Source of the DNA: Squalus acanthias | Taxonomy: Eukaryota | Direction of reading: 5' to 3' | Assembly: GCA_030390025.1 (NCBI GenBank) | Contig: CM059429.1 | Span: 20,460,001 to 20,524,000, forward strand | Length of the DNA: 64,000 nucleotides | Program-made: the position numbers and the translations under genes | Part shown: piece after piece, positions 27,444 through 41,044 of the stretch | Position numbering within the stretch: position 1 is the first letter of the stretch | Layout: every line of letters starts with the position of its first letter | The notes under the pieces: generated by a model | Databases searched by the model: none | What the model saw: the letters and a program-made list of their open reading frames with translations, nothing else | Told to the model about the DNA's origin: nothing

Positions 27444-28215
27444 TGTCAGTTTGGTTCGGTGGTTTTACTCGCCTCTGAATCAGAAGATTATGGGTTGCAG
27501 TCCCACTTCAGGACTTTACCACATAATCTGGGTTGCTATTTCAGTGCAGTACTGAGGGAGTGCTGCACTGTTGGAGATTACATAGAATTTACAGCACAGA
27601 AACAGGCCATTTGGCCCAACTGGTCTGTGCCAGTGTTTATGCTCCACACAAGCTTCCTTCCACCCTACTTCATCTCACCCTATCAGCATATCCTTCTATT
27701 CCTTTCTCCATCATGCACTTATCTAGCTTCTCCTTAAATGCATCTATGCTATTCGTCTCAACTACTCCTTGTGAAAGCAAGTTCCACATTCTAACCACTC
27801 TCTGGGTAAAGACGTTTTTCCTGAATTCCTTATTGCATTTATTAGTGACTATCTTATATTTATGACCCCTAGTTTTGAACTTCCCCACAAGTGCCATCTG
27901 TCAGATGAGATGTTAAACTCAGGCCCCATCTGCCTGTTTAGATGGACGTAAACGAACCCGTGATGCACTGTCGAAGGAGAGCAGTGATTTACCCTGCTTG
28001 GTCAACACTGACCCTTCAACCAACACCAGTGAAACATATTAACTGGTCATTCATCTCATTACTGTCCGTGGCACCTTGCGGTGTGCAAATTGGTTGTCCT
28101 TTTGCCGACACAACAATGGTGACTGCACTTTCAAAGTGATCTATTGGTTGTAAAGTGCATTGGGATGTCATGAGCATATGATAAGCCACTATATAAATGC
28201 AAATTCTTTGTTCTT
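27444..28215 (+). mobile_element. Older SacSINE1-like SINE interrupted by CR1
   Basis: Diverged consensus in two pieces. Confidence 0.8.
27577..27893 (-). mobile_element. CR1 3' fragment nested in a SINE
   Basis: TRGHKYKI..FTQRVVRMWNLL; the SINE consensus resumes on both sides. Confidence 0.85.
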
Positions 28216-29873
28216 TTCTCTAACCATGAAGGAAACAGAGGCAATATATTAACATTAAAAGCTGTGCTTAAAATTTAAAGAAAAATTGCTCATATAAACT
28301 AGGGGCTGTAACCTGAAAAGTCTGCTTTAGTTTATACAAGTCTGATAAATATAGATTATTAAGCTTGTAACTTTTGGATTCTTAAGAAAATACATACGAG
28401 AGCGTGAAAGAAAGAGATGCTGCATACAAAAAAAACATAATGGAAGAGCTACAAAACTACAACACAGAATAGCCAGAAATAAGATCATGTGGCGGATCGC
28501 CACCTAAACGGGCATTATCCACTTTTCCATCCGTGGACAATATATCGAGCACCTTGCCTTTAAGGCACCTTGCCTTTAAGGCAGGAGAAAAGGAGTGGGC
28601 GGGGCCTCAGGATTTTTCCAGAGAATTCTGGGAGCAGTCTGTTTCAGCCATTTTGGACCATGCAGTTGTATTAAAAAGCCTTTGTTTTCCTACACATGGA
28701 TTCAGTCTTAATTCGTGTTTCGCGGCAGCCTCAACAATCAAATGTTCAATTTCATACTATAAGATGGAAGTGCCGTTATGGTGCCCATGACACATTATAA
28801 ATGTATTTATGCATGTAACTGTGATATGAGTGGAACTAATTTATTTATTTATCTATCTGCACTGGGTAAGAAAAACAGTAGTTTGTTATTTTCCAGGAAC
28901 CAAGCAAAAGACACTTCACTCTCTCCAAGTATAGCTCTCAGAAATGTTTTTCTAAATCCTTTCTGCGGCCAAGTGCACCTCCCCCACCTGAGCACCACTC
29001 AACCCTGCAACAACCTAACCTCCAATGCACCATGAGCAACACCAACATAGACCAGTAGTAAATAACAGTGCACCCTCATTGCTGGCCCTCACATATTGGT
29101 TATCTAATAGTACACTCTGCTTTTTAGAATTATAACATTTCTGTACGCATTAGATAATAGCTTATCAATGGTCCACTGCTGAGATAAATTTAATAATGCA
29201 CCTGTATCAATATCAGCTTTCTGTGCGATCATAGAATCATACAGCACAGAAGGCCATTCAGCCCATCATGCTTGTGCTGACTCTTTGAAAGCCAATCCAA
29301 TCAGTCCCACTCCCCCAGTTCTTTCCCCATAGCTCTGCATTTTTGTTTCTTTTCCAAGTATATATCCTTTTCCCTTTTGAAAGTTGCTAGTGTAATCTTC
29401 TCACCAACCTCAGAATGCAAACTATACGTTCATAAGAAAATACAAAACAATCTTTAAATATGAAAAGCCACCAAAACTAAACAGCTGTCAGTGAGTATAA
29501 GGTTGTAATCCAGTCCTGGATTCTGTTGGCGTTCTTACGATGCTCCAGTTTCTCTCCCCTACACAGTTATAATATACAGTTTGTACTGATGCAAAGCAGT
29601 TTCAACTGTGCATCGATACAAACTCTGTGTGTAACTTGGAGGTGAAGTCAGAAAATTGAACTGTGATAGTCATTATGAGACCAATTCAAGGAAGTGTAAG
29701 CACGCTTGTGTGAAACTCCATTTTGACTTCCCAGTGGGTGATGCAGAACAAATAGTGCAATTCGAGTCTGCTGCCTTCCATCAGTCTCAAACTAGTACAT
29801 GTAGTATTACTCTGCCCTTAGTTTAAAACATCACCAGAGCTGTTCGACTGAGTTACAGCTGGACTCACTGTCA

Positions 29874-30332
<459 letters not shown>

Positions 30333-30767
30333 CTATAGGCTTACATTCCTACACCACACAGTATATTGGCTTCCTCTCTAGTACAGTATGTTTACTGGAT
30401 ATTACCCCTTAGCATGCATTCATTTACTGGCGCACATGACCTATATTATACAGTATGTTTCCCGGGAGTGCAGCAGAAAGGGTGGGAAATTGGTCAGGTC
30501 CCAGAAATGCTGGGTCCCAGCCTCAGCTACAAGTATCCGGTGGGCCCTGTTTGGGGTGGAGCCTCCATCCATGGCCCGTTATGTTAGAGGGGGCGGGGCG
30601 GGGGTTGAGAATTCCCACGTTGGGATGTTCTCGGCCCTGGTCCCATTCTCACCAAGTGTCCTGTACACGGAGATGGATCGCCTACAAAACTTAACAAGGG
30701 GACGGATGGGGCCTAAAAAAAAAAGTAATTCTACACTGCTGGCCTCCCTTTTCCACCCCTCCTTTTA

Positions 30768-31244
<477 letters not shown>

Positions 31245-31293
31245 TTAGTTAAACATATTTCTGTTACATTAGTACTGGAAGAGACATCAAAAT

Positions 31294-31563
31294 CATTTAA
31301 GGTGATTGGCAAAAGAACATGAGGAAAAACGTTTTTATACAACGAGTGGTTAGGATTTGGAATGCAATGCATGATAGGGTGATGGATACAGATTCAATAG
31401 TAGCCTTCAATAGGGAATTGGATAAATACTTGAAGGAGAAAAAATTGCAGGGATATGGGGAAAGAGCGGGGGAGTGGGACTGACTGGATTGCTCTTCGAT
31501 AGAGCCAGCACAGACTCGAGGGGCCTCCTTCTGTGCTGTACTATGCTATGCTATGATTCTATG
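31294..31563 (+). mobile_element. CR1 3' fragment
   Basis: Homologous to 38290-38570, with a CTATG-repeat tail. Confidence 0.8.
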
Positions 31564-31577
31564 AAAAGTGTCAGAAG

Positions 31578-32290
31578 GAGCACTTGCATTTATATAGTGC
31601 TTTTCGCATCCTCAGGAAATCCCAAAGCACTTTATCCAAAGGATTACTTATGAAGTGCACTGACTGTTGTTTTGAAGATAAATGCAGCAGCCAATTTTGG
31701 CACAGCATGGCTCCACAAACATATGATATGAGGAGCTGATTTTGATGGTGTTGGTTGAGGGAGGAATGTTTGCCAAGATTCCAGGAGAACGGCCAGCTCG
31801 TCTTCAAATAATGCCATGGGAAATTTTACAGCCAGCCCGACAGGCGACTGGTGCTTCATTTGGGAGTCAGCCTCGCCGCGGTGGGAGCACTCTAATCTCT
31901 GAATGAGAATGTCGTGTGTTCAAGCCCCTCTCCAGAGACGCGAGCACATAACCGTTGGCTGGTACTTCAGTGCAGTACTGAGAGTGCTGCATTGTCGGAG
32001 GTGCCATTCTTCGGCTGAGACCTTTATATCAATGCCACGTCTGCCCTCTCAGATGGACGTAAAATAGTGACACTACTCGAAGAAAAGCAGGGGAGCTGTT
32101 CCGCTGTTATAGCCAACATTTATCCCTCAACCAACACCATTAAAAAACAGATTATCTGGTCATTTATCTCACTGCTGTTCATACGGCTGCTGCAGTGACT
32201 ACACATCAAAAGCACTTCATAGGCTGTGAACACTTTGGGACATCATGAGGATGTGAAAGGTGTTTTATAAAATACAAGTTCTTTCTTCCC
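31578..32290. mobile_element. Two abutting SacSINE1-like copies in opposite orientation (about 31578-31860 minus, 31862-32290 plus)
   Basis: Tails point outward; both copies are diverged. Confidence 0.8.
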
Positions 32291-32492
32291 TATATACTTT
32301 CTGCAATTCTGAGCCACACATGTTAAATGAGCAGGACCACTGTGACTAAATAATACAAATTCCATTTTAATATGTAAATTGTATTCCACAATTCTGTCTG
32401 TTTTTCATGAGCCCACAGGTCAGTGGCCCCGTCATGCAATTGATAAAGAGGATACACAGGTTTACCAAAAAATCCTCACTGAAAGACATCAA

Positions 32493-32677
32493 AGGGCAGA
32501 AATTGGTCTTGGATGGTCGTGCAAAATGGGCGGTATCGCATTAGACGCCCGTTATACACTCCGCCCAATAATTAGTTCTATTGAAATCATTCTATTGAGT
32601 ATCAGGCGGGTCGTATACCAGGCGGTCGATGCAATACCGCCCATGTTGCACTACAGGCCAAGACAAATTTCTACCCC
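32493..32677. mobile_element. Foldback (palindromic) MITE, about 185 bp, in TRPC1 intron 5
   Basis: GGGCAGAAATTGGTCTTGG pairs with CCAAGACAAATTTCTACCCC, and GTGCAAAATGGGCGGTATCGCAT pairs with ATGCAATACCGCCCATGTTGCAC. Confidence 0.82.
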
Positions 32678-33171
32678 AATGCGCGTAAGAGGAGTTACAA
32701 AGGTCTGCCTCACTGGTGGTTTATTTTTCTGTAAACCTCAGTTCCATCATGAATTTTGTTATACCACAACTTGACTGATTTGAAATATTCTATTTTTCGG
32801 AAAAAAAATTACTAATGTGGAAGAAGATTGCATGCCCCGTTATAAATGAGTTGCTGTACTATGATACGGTCACTTAGGAGACAGTGAGCTCAGTGTGAGA
32901 GCAGACTAGCTAGAGTGACATAAAGTGAGAGGGAAATATTGGTGAAACACCAACAGAGCACTGCCAAACACAACTGCAACAAGGAGCAGGTGTTTCCTGG
33001 GAGACTTGGAGAAACTGAACTGTGCTGGCAGCGACAAGCAAGTCATAGATTTCCCCGGCACTATTGAAAAGATTCTTTAAACATTAAAGGTTCACAATAT
33101 TCAACAGAACCTCTTCATTCGTGCTTCAGCTCATTGGGGCAACTCCTAACAGTGGTCTTTCACTCTTTGTT

Positions 33172-33480
33172 CATAGAATCAAAGAATCATAGAAATTTAC
33201 AGCACAGGAGGCCATTTCAGCCCATCATGTCTGTGCCAGCCAAAAAAGAGCTATCCAGCCTAATCCCACTTCCCAGCTCTTGGTCCCTAGCCCTGTAGGT
33301 TACGGCACTTCAAGTGCATATCCAAGTACTTGTTAAATGCGATGACTCTGGCTCTACCACCCTTTCAGGCAGTGAGTTTCAGACACCCCACCACCCTCTG
33401 GGTGAAAAAAGTTCTCCTCAACTCCCCTCTAATCTTTCTACCAATTACTTTAAATCTATGCCCCCTGGTTATTGACCTCT
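33172..33480 (-). mobile_element. CR1 3' fragment
   Basis: CATAGAAT-repeat tail and CR1 3' UTR/ORF2 end on the minus strand. Confidence 0.8.
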
Positions 33481-34229
33481 TATTGTTGGCGATGGAGGGG
33501 GGTTAGCAGTGAAGCAAGTGACCTCAGCAAGTAGGTCACGGAACAGAGTGGAGCCACAGGAGCCGAATTAAAAAATGCAGCCAGAATAAAAGTGTGTACG
33601 CATAATGGACAGTTGGTCTGAGGGGAACATTAAAGAACAAGGGAGAAACATAAAGAGAGCGGAAGAACCACAATCAATAAGATAAACCAAATATGAGAAA
33701 ACCACTGAAACAGAAAAATAGTAAAAATTATGTAAAATCAAGACAGGAAAAAATATAAGTAAACTATAATGTTCGAAGAGGCGCTGTTTTCATGGTACAG
33801 CGGGTCATAGCTTAATTGTCGAGCCATTGCACTCTCTGCCGTACTACTACTGCAAGAGCATGGAGGGTGGGGGGACTAAATGAAAGATCTTGTGCCTTGT
33901 TCCAGGACAGGAGTACTACCATTGAAATGTTCTGAATCAACAATGTGAGTATTTCTAATTTTCTTCATTTGTTTGTGGTCTGCTTCCTTGATTGGCTCGT
34001 TGAGAGATCCTGGCAGGATACAGAACAAGAGGCAGATATATAGGAGTAGGAGGTGAAAATGAAGCCATGACTTAATAAATCACACTAAACATAGTGGTTG
34101 GGGGACAGGATGGGGGAGGTAAATTGTGTCGACTTAAAAATGAGTCCCACACAATAGCCCTGTGTTCATTATACATTTGTTGACAAGGTGCATAACTTCC
34201 CCGTGTTGAATTCTTAATTTTGCATCTTA

Positions 34230-34493
<264 letters not shown>

Positions 34494-35304
34494 CTATTTA
34501 CAGCATCCTAAGACTTTGGAATTGTGAAATATACTTTGAGAGAGGCAATGTCACTGATATTTTGCAAACATTGATACGTAATTATCAAATAAGTTAATTT
34601 TTAATTTGACACTTGGCAGAACAGTCAAATTGTTAACAAAGTGAATGATACACTTGACTAAATATAGGGACTCTATTTTCCAGATTTCCAAATACAAGTG
34701 GTCTGATTCTGAACAGATCCAATCTGTCTCAATAGCTTCTTTTTGCTTTCCCTGTAAAAATGAATTTTAGAAATTCTGGCTGTTTATACTGAGCCCCACA
34801 CTGTAGATTGTTGCTACATCATTGCACAATATGTAATATCATATGGGTCATCGCACAATGCACTCGAGGTGTCGTACCTAGAATTCATAGGAAGTAAATG
34901 CTGAGCATATCTGACAGAAGGCAGCAGCTTGTCCTGGTGTACTTTGTTCTAATTTCTCCCAAATTCAGGAAGAATTTCCAGTGATTACACTGTATATTTT
35001 GTATTGCATTTCATCTGATTTCAGAGCAATTCAGTTCCCAAAATGTGGCATAACTGAGGAGCAAGAGAGAAACCACCCATTTTCCTCTCCCACTTATTAT
35101 TTATAGCACTCACTCTATAAAGAAACAATATTAAAAACCCTTTCTACATTACATTTTTTATGTGGCTTCAACGATGGCCTTCAGGAGAGGTGAACTGTAT
35201 TTGTCTATGTAGAATCTTACATCACAGAAGGAGGCCATCCAGCCCATCGTGCCTGTGCTGGCTCTTGAAAAGAGAGCTATCCAATTAGTCCCACTTTTTT
35301 AAAT

Positions 35305-35620
35305 ATTAATTCTCAGGATGTGGGCATCCCTGGCAAAGCCAGCATGTATTGCCCATCCCTAGTTGCCCTTGAAAAGGTGATGGTGAGACTTCCACTTGAA
35401 CCGCTGCAGTCCATGTGGTGAAGGTACTCCCACGGTGCTGTTAGGTAGGAAGTTCCAGGATTTTGACCCAGCGACGATGAAGGAATGACGATATATCTGC
35501 ATGTTGGGATGGTGTGGAACTTGGAGGTAATGGTGTTCCCATGCACCTGCTGTCCTAGTCCTTCTAGGTGGTGGAGGTCGTGGGTTTGTGAGGTGCTGTT
35601 GGAGAAGTCTTAGTGAATTG
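35305..35620 (-). mobile_element. 3' fragment of the same LINE family as 23661-24662, inserted in a CR1 3' fragment
   Basis: Reverse complement aligns with about 24330-24660; CR1-like sequence on both sides (about 35215-35295 and 35630-35760). Confidence 0.8.
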
Positions 35621-35832
35621 ACTGCTCCTTACCCATGGCGCTGCCATTTATTTCTTTTTCAAGTACATATTCAATTACCTTCTGAAAGTTATTATTGAAT
35701 CTGCTCCCCCATCCTTTCAGGCAGTGCATTCCAGATCATAACAGCTAGCTGCGTAAAAAAAATTGTATGTCTATGATGATTTGGAGATACCATGTCATCT
35801 TTTAGCTTAGTCCAAAATTAGTCAGAACTCAT

Positions 35833-37622
35833 GGCCGCGATTTCGCCAACCGTGGCAAGTCTGGTGCGGCCCGATTAGAAAGCAGCCTCAAACTCCGCAC
35901 CAGTCTTCATCCCGCCTCCTCCAAGTGATTTTGCCCTGGTTGGCCTTGTTAAGCCCACCCTGCAAGGTTCCCGGACAATTAAAAGGAAGCGGGTCTGATG
36001 ACGTCATCTGATGACCCGTCATCAGCCGGTTTCCTTAAAGGGGCCATGTGTCCACATTCATCTTGACAGTTGTGCTGACAGTGTTCTGCAGCATGGAGGT
36101 GCTGCAAACACTGACAAACACTGCACAAAGGTGCACGACTGTACCCAGGCTCTCCCATGACTCCCTCCATATGCTTATGGAGGGAGTCACAGCACGCAGG
36201 GAGGTCCTCTTCCCTTCCAATGGGCGGTAGAGACCTCCCCAGGACACCAACGCAGCCTGGTTGCACATTGCACAGGAGGACACAAGCAGTGATGTAGTGA
36301 GGAGGACCAGGCTGCAGTGGCGCAAACCTTTCAATGATCTCAGTAGATCACGAAACGTTACTGCAAAGCCACACTCAACCTCATCCTCCTGTGCCACTCA
36401 TCACATCCCCATCACTCTGCCTTCCCTACCCTACTCCTGCACATCCTTACTCACACCAACTTAGCTTGCACCTCCACCCATCCCTCTCTATCTATATTAG
36501 CACTTCCCCATCTCACTAGCCACCCCTCACACTCACCCTCATCCTAGTCCAATCATACCAACCAACAACACACAAGGGTAGGCACTTGGGTGTTTTAGTC
36601 TATGTTCGTATAAACTTTCTGTTATTGTGTTGTCAAGCATTGAAATCCTTATTGTCACCACTTTGCCTTCTTGGACAGATTTGTGTGCACCTTTGAAAGT
36701 GTCTTAGTGAGTTGCAGTGAATGGTGAGACATAACGTTCCCCTCCCCCCACCCAATGGTGATAAGTTTGAAAGGAATGGCTTGGACATTGTAGCGATGCT
36801 TTATGGTGCTGGTGTGGGGTGGTGCCAACCTGGTGCATCATGTGGCAGCCAGGGTGTACAGCGTCAAGTGAAGCAAATCTGGATATGGTGAGGCCATCGC
36901 TGGCATCCCGGGCAGCAATGTGCACGGGTGATGATGCCCTATGTCCAGTGCAGCATCAGTTGATTGCAGAGAAGGTTGGTGTGGTTGTTGGTGCTGCTGG
37001 TGTGCCTGGTGTTGGGGCTGATCATGGTGGGATTCTGAGGACCAAGGCGAGATTTTTTCAAAAGCACTGATGCTGATGGAATAGATGACAGCTGAGGTGG
37101 AGATGACAGAAGTAATCTGTCAATATTGAGATAGGTTGTTCCATGGAGGTGACACTGAATAGAGAGATTACTCCAAACACTTCAAAAGTGCATAAAGCTC
37201 AAAAGTGGGTCCCAAATCATTGATGCTCCAGCTTCTAAGATTGGAAACTGACCAGCTGTGAAATGGTAGGTTTTAAACCACTGTTGCAGCTGTCACCTAT
37301 TGAAAGAAATGGAGAGTTGTTCAGAACCTGACTACTTACCTGGCGTGATCCCCGAGCAACGGGAACCTCGTGGGAAAATTTGGGAAAACGGTTTGTACCT
37401 GGTAAAATGTTGATTAAATTGCTTTAAACACCCTCTTAACTATCTGAGTTGCCTGACCCGCCGCTTAGTGCCGTGTCTGCAAATCACAGGCAGAGCCGGC
37501 ACTGGGGAAACTCACAAGGAGGCGGGTTTAGAGCGGGATACCGCCCGGCTGTCAATCTTTGTGATTTTGACAGTGGACCCGCCTCCGAACCCTGCCCTCC
37601 GAGCGCCGGCAAAATTCAGCCC
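35833..37622 (+). mobile_element. Internally deleted Harbinger-type element with a Myb/SANT-like ORF remnant (about 36093-36360)
   Basis: VPRLSHDSLHMLMEGVTARREVLFPSNGR*RPPQDTNAAWLHIAQEDTSSDVVRRTRLQWRKPFNDL matches the Myb/SANT partner protein of Harbingers. Ends are imperfect inverted repeats (GGCCGCGATTTCGCC / GGCAAAATTCAGCCC). The subterminal region is homologous to the 20502 element. Confidence 0.75.
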
Positions 37623-37647
37623 TCTGTATGTACATCATGTGGATTTT

Positions 37648-38045
37648 AAAGGGGATCGGGCAGGAAAGTGGAGTTCATTTTTCAAGATATTAAGGGGAGC
37701 AGATAGGGTAGATAGAGAGAAACTATTTCCACTGGTTGGAGATTCTAGGACTAGGGGACATAGTCTAAAAATTAGAGCCAGGCCTTTCAGAAGTGAAATT
37801 AGGAAACACTTCTATGCACAAAGAAGTTTGGAATTCTCTACCACAAACGGCAATTGATGCTAGATCAATTGTTAATTTTAAATCTGAGATTGATAGCTTT
37901 TTGTTAACCAAAAGTATTAAGGGATGTGGGCCAAAAGCAGGGTATATGGAGTTAGGTCGCAGATCAGCCATGATCTCATTGAATGGCGGAGCAGGCTCGA
38001 AAGCTGAATGGCCCACTCCTGCTCCTAATTCTTACGTTATGTTAA
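37648..38045 (+). mobile_element. Chimeric CR1 3' fragment
   Basis: 37677 to about 37990 is nearly identical to the reverse complement of about 40020-40334; the flanks resemble a different CR1 3' UTR. Confidence 0.85.
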
Positions 38046-38087
38046 TTGTTACAGACAGACTTAAATAGTTATCATTTACAAACACAC

Positions 38088-38570
38088 TGTGCAGAGGAGA
38101 TTTACTAGAATGGTTCTGGGGATGGGGGATCTTAGCTACAAGGACAGGTTGGAGAAGCTGGATTTGTTTTCATTAGAGCAAAGGAGGTTGAGGGGTGATT
38201 TGATAGAGGTGTACAAGATTATGACGGGTTTGGATAGGCTAGACGGGGAAAGGCAGTTACCACTAGTTGATGGTACAAGGACTAGGGGACACAGATTTAA
38301 GGTTTTGGGCAAGAGAGACAGGGGGGATGTGAGGAAAAACTTTTTTACGCAGCGAGTGGTGAGGACCTGGAACTCGCTGCCGACGGAAGTGGTGGAAGCA
38401 GAGACGCTCAATGTTTTCAAGGGGAGACTGGATAGGCACTTGAGGGAAATAAACTTGCAGGGCTACGGGGATAGAGCGGGGGAATGGGACTGACTGGATT
38501 GCTCTACAGAGAGCCGGCACGGACTCGATGGGCCGAATGGCTTCCTTCTGTGCTGTTATAACTCTATGAC
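38088..38570 (+). mobile_element. CR1 LINE 3' fragment with an uninterrupted ORF2 end
   Basis: QRRFTRMVLGM..LEQRRLRGDLIEVYKIM..FFTQRVVRTWNSLP; ends about 30 bp from the exon 4 donor. Confidence 0.92.
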
Positions 38571-38598
38571 TCGTTATATTTTAAATTTGCTTTACTTA

Positions 38599-38985
<387 letters not shown>

Positions 38986-39348
38986 CTAGCACTTAGTCTT
39001 GTAAGGGTGGGATGTATAACAGGATAGGACTATAAGTGAAACTTTTATAATGGGGAGGAGAATGTGTGTCTATTTTAATTGCAAATGAGACTAAACAAAG
39101 TGCTTGATAAAGATGTGTAATTTGTGATTGTGTATTTAACATTAAAATCGGGAGATAATCTTGGAGCAAAAAAAAAAATCACAAATTAGATTTTTTTAAA
39201 TAAATTACGCTCAAACTAATACATTTCTCGTTCTTGCAGTAGTCCATCAAGAAATATCGAAGATATTAGTAATCACTTTATTTTCTATCCCTATGCGTAG
39301 TAGTTTTGAATGCTAAATTAGTCAGCAAAACGTTGAATAAACAGACTA

Positions 39349-39637
39349 CAGGAAACTCTCTTTTAACCGGCACCTAAATATCCAGAAATCTCTCTTAACC
39401 GGCAAAATTCAGGAGTAGGTTCAGGTAAGTTTTACTATATATTAGTGGCCGTGTAACCGGGGTTCCTGCACTTGTGGCCGTGCACCAGGGACTCCTAGAT
39501 CTGTGGCCGTGTAACCGGGGCTCCTGCACCTGTGGCCGTGTACGGGGCTCTCGTACCTTGGTAAGTATACCTCTCTGTAATCCGGACTTTTTGATCAACC
39601 GGCACCACGCCGGTCCCGGTTAATAAAGAGTTTCCTG
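39349..39637. mobile_element. Tc1/mariner (Tigger/pogo-like) MITE, 289 bp, with an internal tandem repeat of about 30 bp
   Basis: TIR CAGGAAACTCTCTTTTAACCGG / CCGGTTAATAAAGAGTTTCCTG (20/22); TA on both flanks; four GTGGCCGTGT-led units at about 39445-39560. Confidence 0.88.
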
Positions 39638-39752
39638 TATTACACATTAATTATTTTGGTCAGAACATGCAATCAAAGCATTTCAACTTTGTTTAATCAT
39701 TTAGTAAAATACTGCTCATTAAAAAAAAAGTGTTCTTTATTTTTAAAATTAT

Positions 39753-41044
39753 GGCCTGGAATTTGTGGTCAGCGGCGAAGCGAAGGCGCTCGCTGCTGGC
39801 CCCGAGGTTCACTCCACACAAGGATCTCGCAATCCCTGTGTCGAGAACTTCCGGTTTTCTGACCTTCAATTCAACGGACTGTAGTGAGGATATCTTTGTG
39901 CGAACTGCTGTGAAGTCAACAGGCTGCCCAAGCAGCCAATCAAAAGCCAGAATTCTCAGTCGGCGAACAAGGAAGTGAGTCCATAGGAACAGGAATAGGC
40001 CATTGAGCCCCTCGAGCCTGTTCCGCCATTCAATGAGATCATGGCTGATCTGCGACCTAACTCCAAATACCCGCCTTTGGCCCACATCCCTCAATACCTT
40101 TGGTTAATAAAAAGCTATCAATCTTAGATTTAAAATTAACAATTGATCTAGCATCAATTGCCGTTTGTGGTAGAGAATTCCAAACTTCTTTGTGCATAGA
40201 AGTGTTTCCTAATTTCACTTCTGAAAGGTCTGGCTCTAATTTTTAGACTCTGCCCCCTAGTCCTAGAATCTCCAACCAGTGGAAATAGTTTCTCTCTATC
40301 TACCCTATCTGCTCCCCTTAATATCTTGAAAAATTCAAATCAGATCAACCCTTAACCTTCTAAATTCTAATTTGTGTAATCTCTCCTCGTAACTTAACTC
40401 TTGGAGTCCGGGTATCATTCTGATAAACCTACGATGCACTCCCTCCAAGGCCAATATATCCTTCCTAAGGTGCGGTGCCCAGAACTGCTCTCAGTACTCC
40501 AGGTGTGGTCTAACCAGGGTTTTGTACAGCTGTAGCATAACTTCTACCCCCTAGTATTCTAGTCCTCTAGATATAAAGGCCAGCATTCCATGACTGAGCT
40601 CTTAAAATTCTAACTTTTTAAAATAGTTAGAGAGAGCAAAAGAAAGATTGGGGCTCTCACATGGGGAGAAGGCAAACCTGAAATAAAGATGGACAAACTT
40701 AAAAAAAGGCCCTTATCATTTGTTTAGCAGTCAATACGCTTGCAAAACCCCAGTTACACCTAATCCCTTTGGGTCTAACTTTTAGCGGGGAATTTAACAG
40801 CGTAATTAAGTTGTCAGTTTCAATGATTTGGCTGATTACACTGATTGCCGGCTCTGTTGGGGGGGGGGGGGGGGGGGAGGGGGGAGGGGGCAGGAACAGC
40901 GCTGCCTGTTTTGGAACTGTCAATGACTGACTGCAACTTTGGGATTTCTGCATGCGCCAAATCCCAAAGTTGCGGTCAGTTTCAAAGGCGGAATGGCAGT
41001 GAACGCTGCCAGTTAGCTGTCATCCCGACCGCAAATTCCGGGCC
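39753..41044. mobile_element. Harbinger-type MITE (family copy B) interrupted by a CR1 fragment
   Basis: TIR GGCCTGGAATTTGTGGTC / GACCGCAAATTCCGGGCC; TSD TAT on both sides. Confidence 0.88.
39982..40590 (-). mobile_element. CR1 LINE 3' fragment nested in MITE copy B
   Basis: Reverse complement is colinear with 3334-3974; absent from MITE copy A. Confidence 0.9.

Noticed and set aside
37333-37345. TACTTACCTGGC resembling the U1 snRNA 5' end
   Set aside because: The similarity stops after about 12 nt; the rest of U1 is absent.
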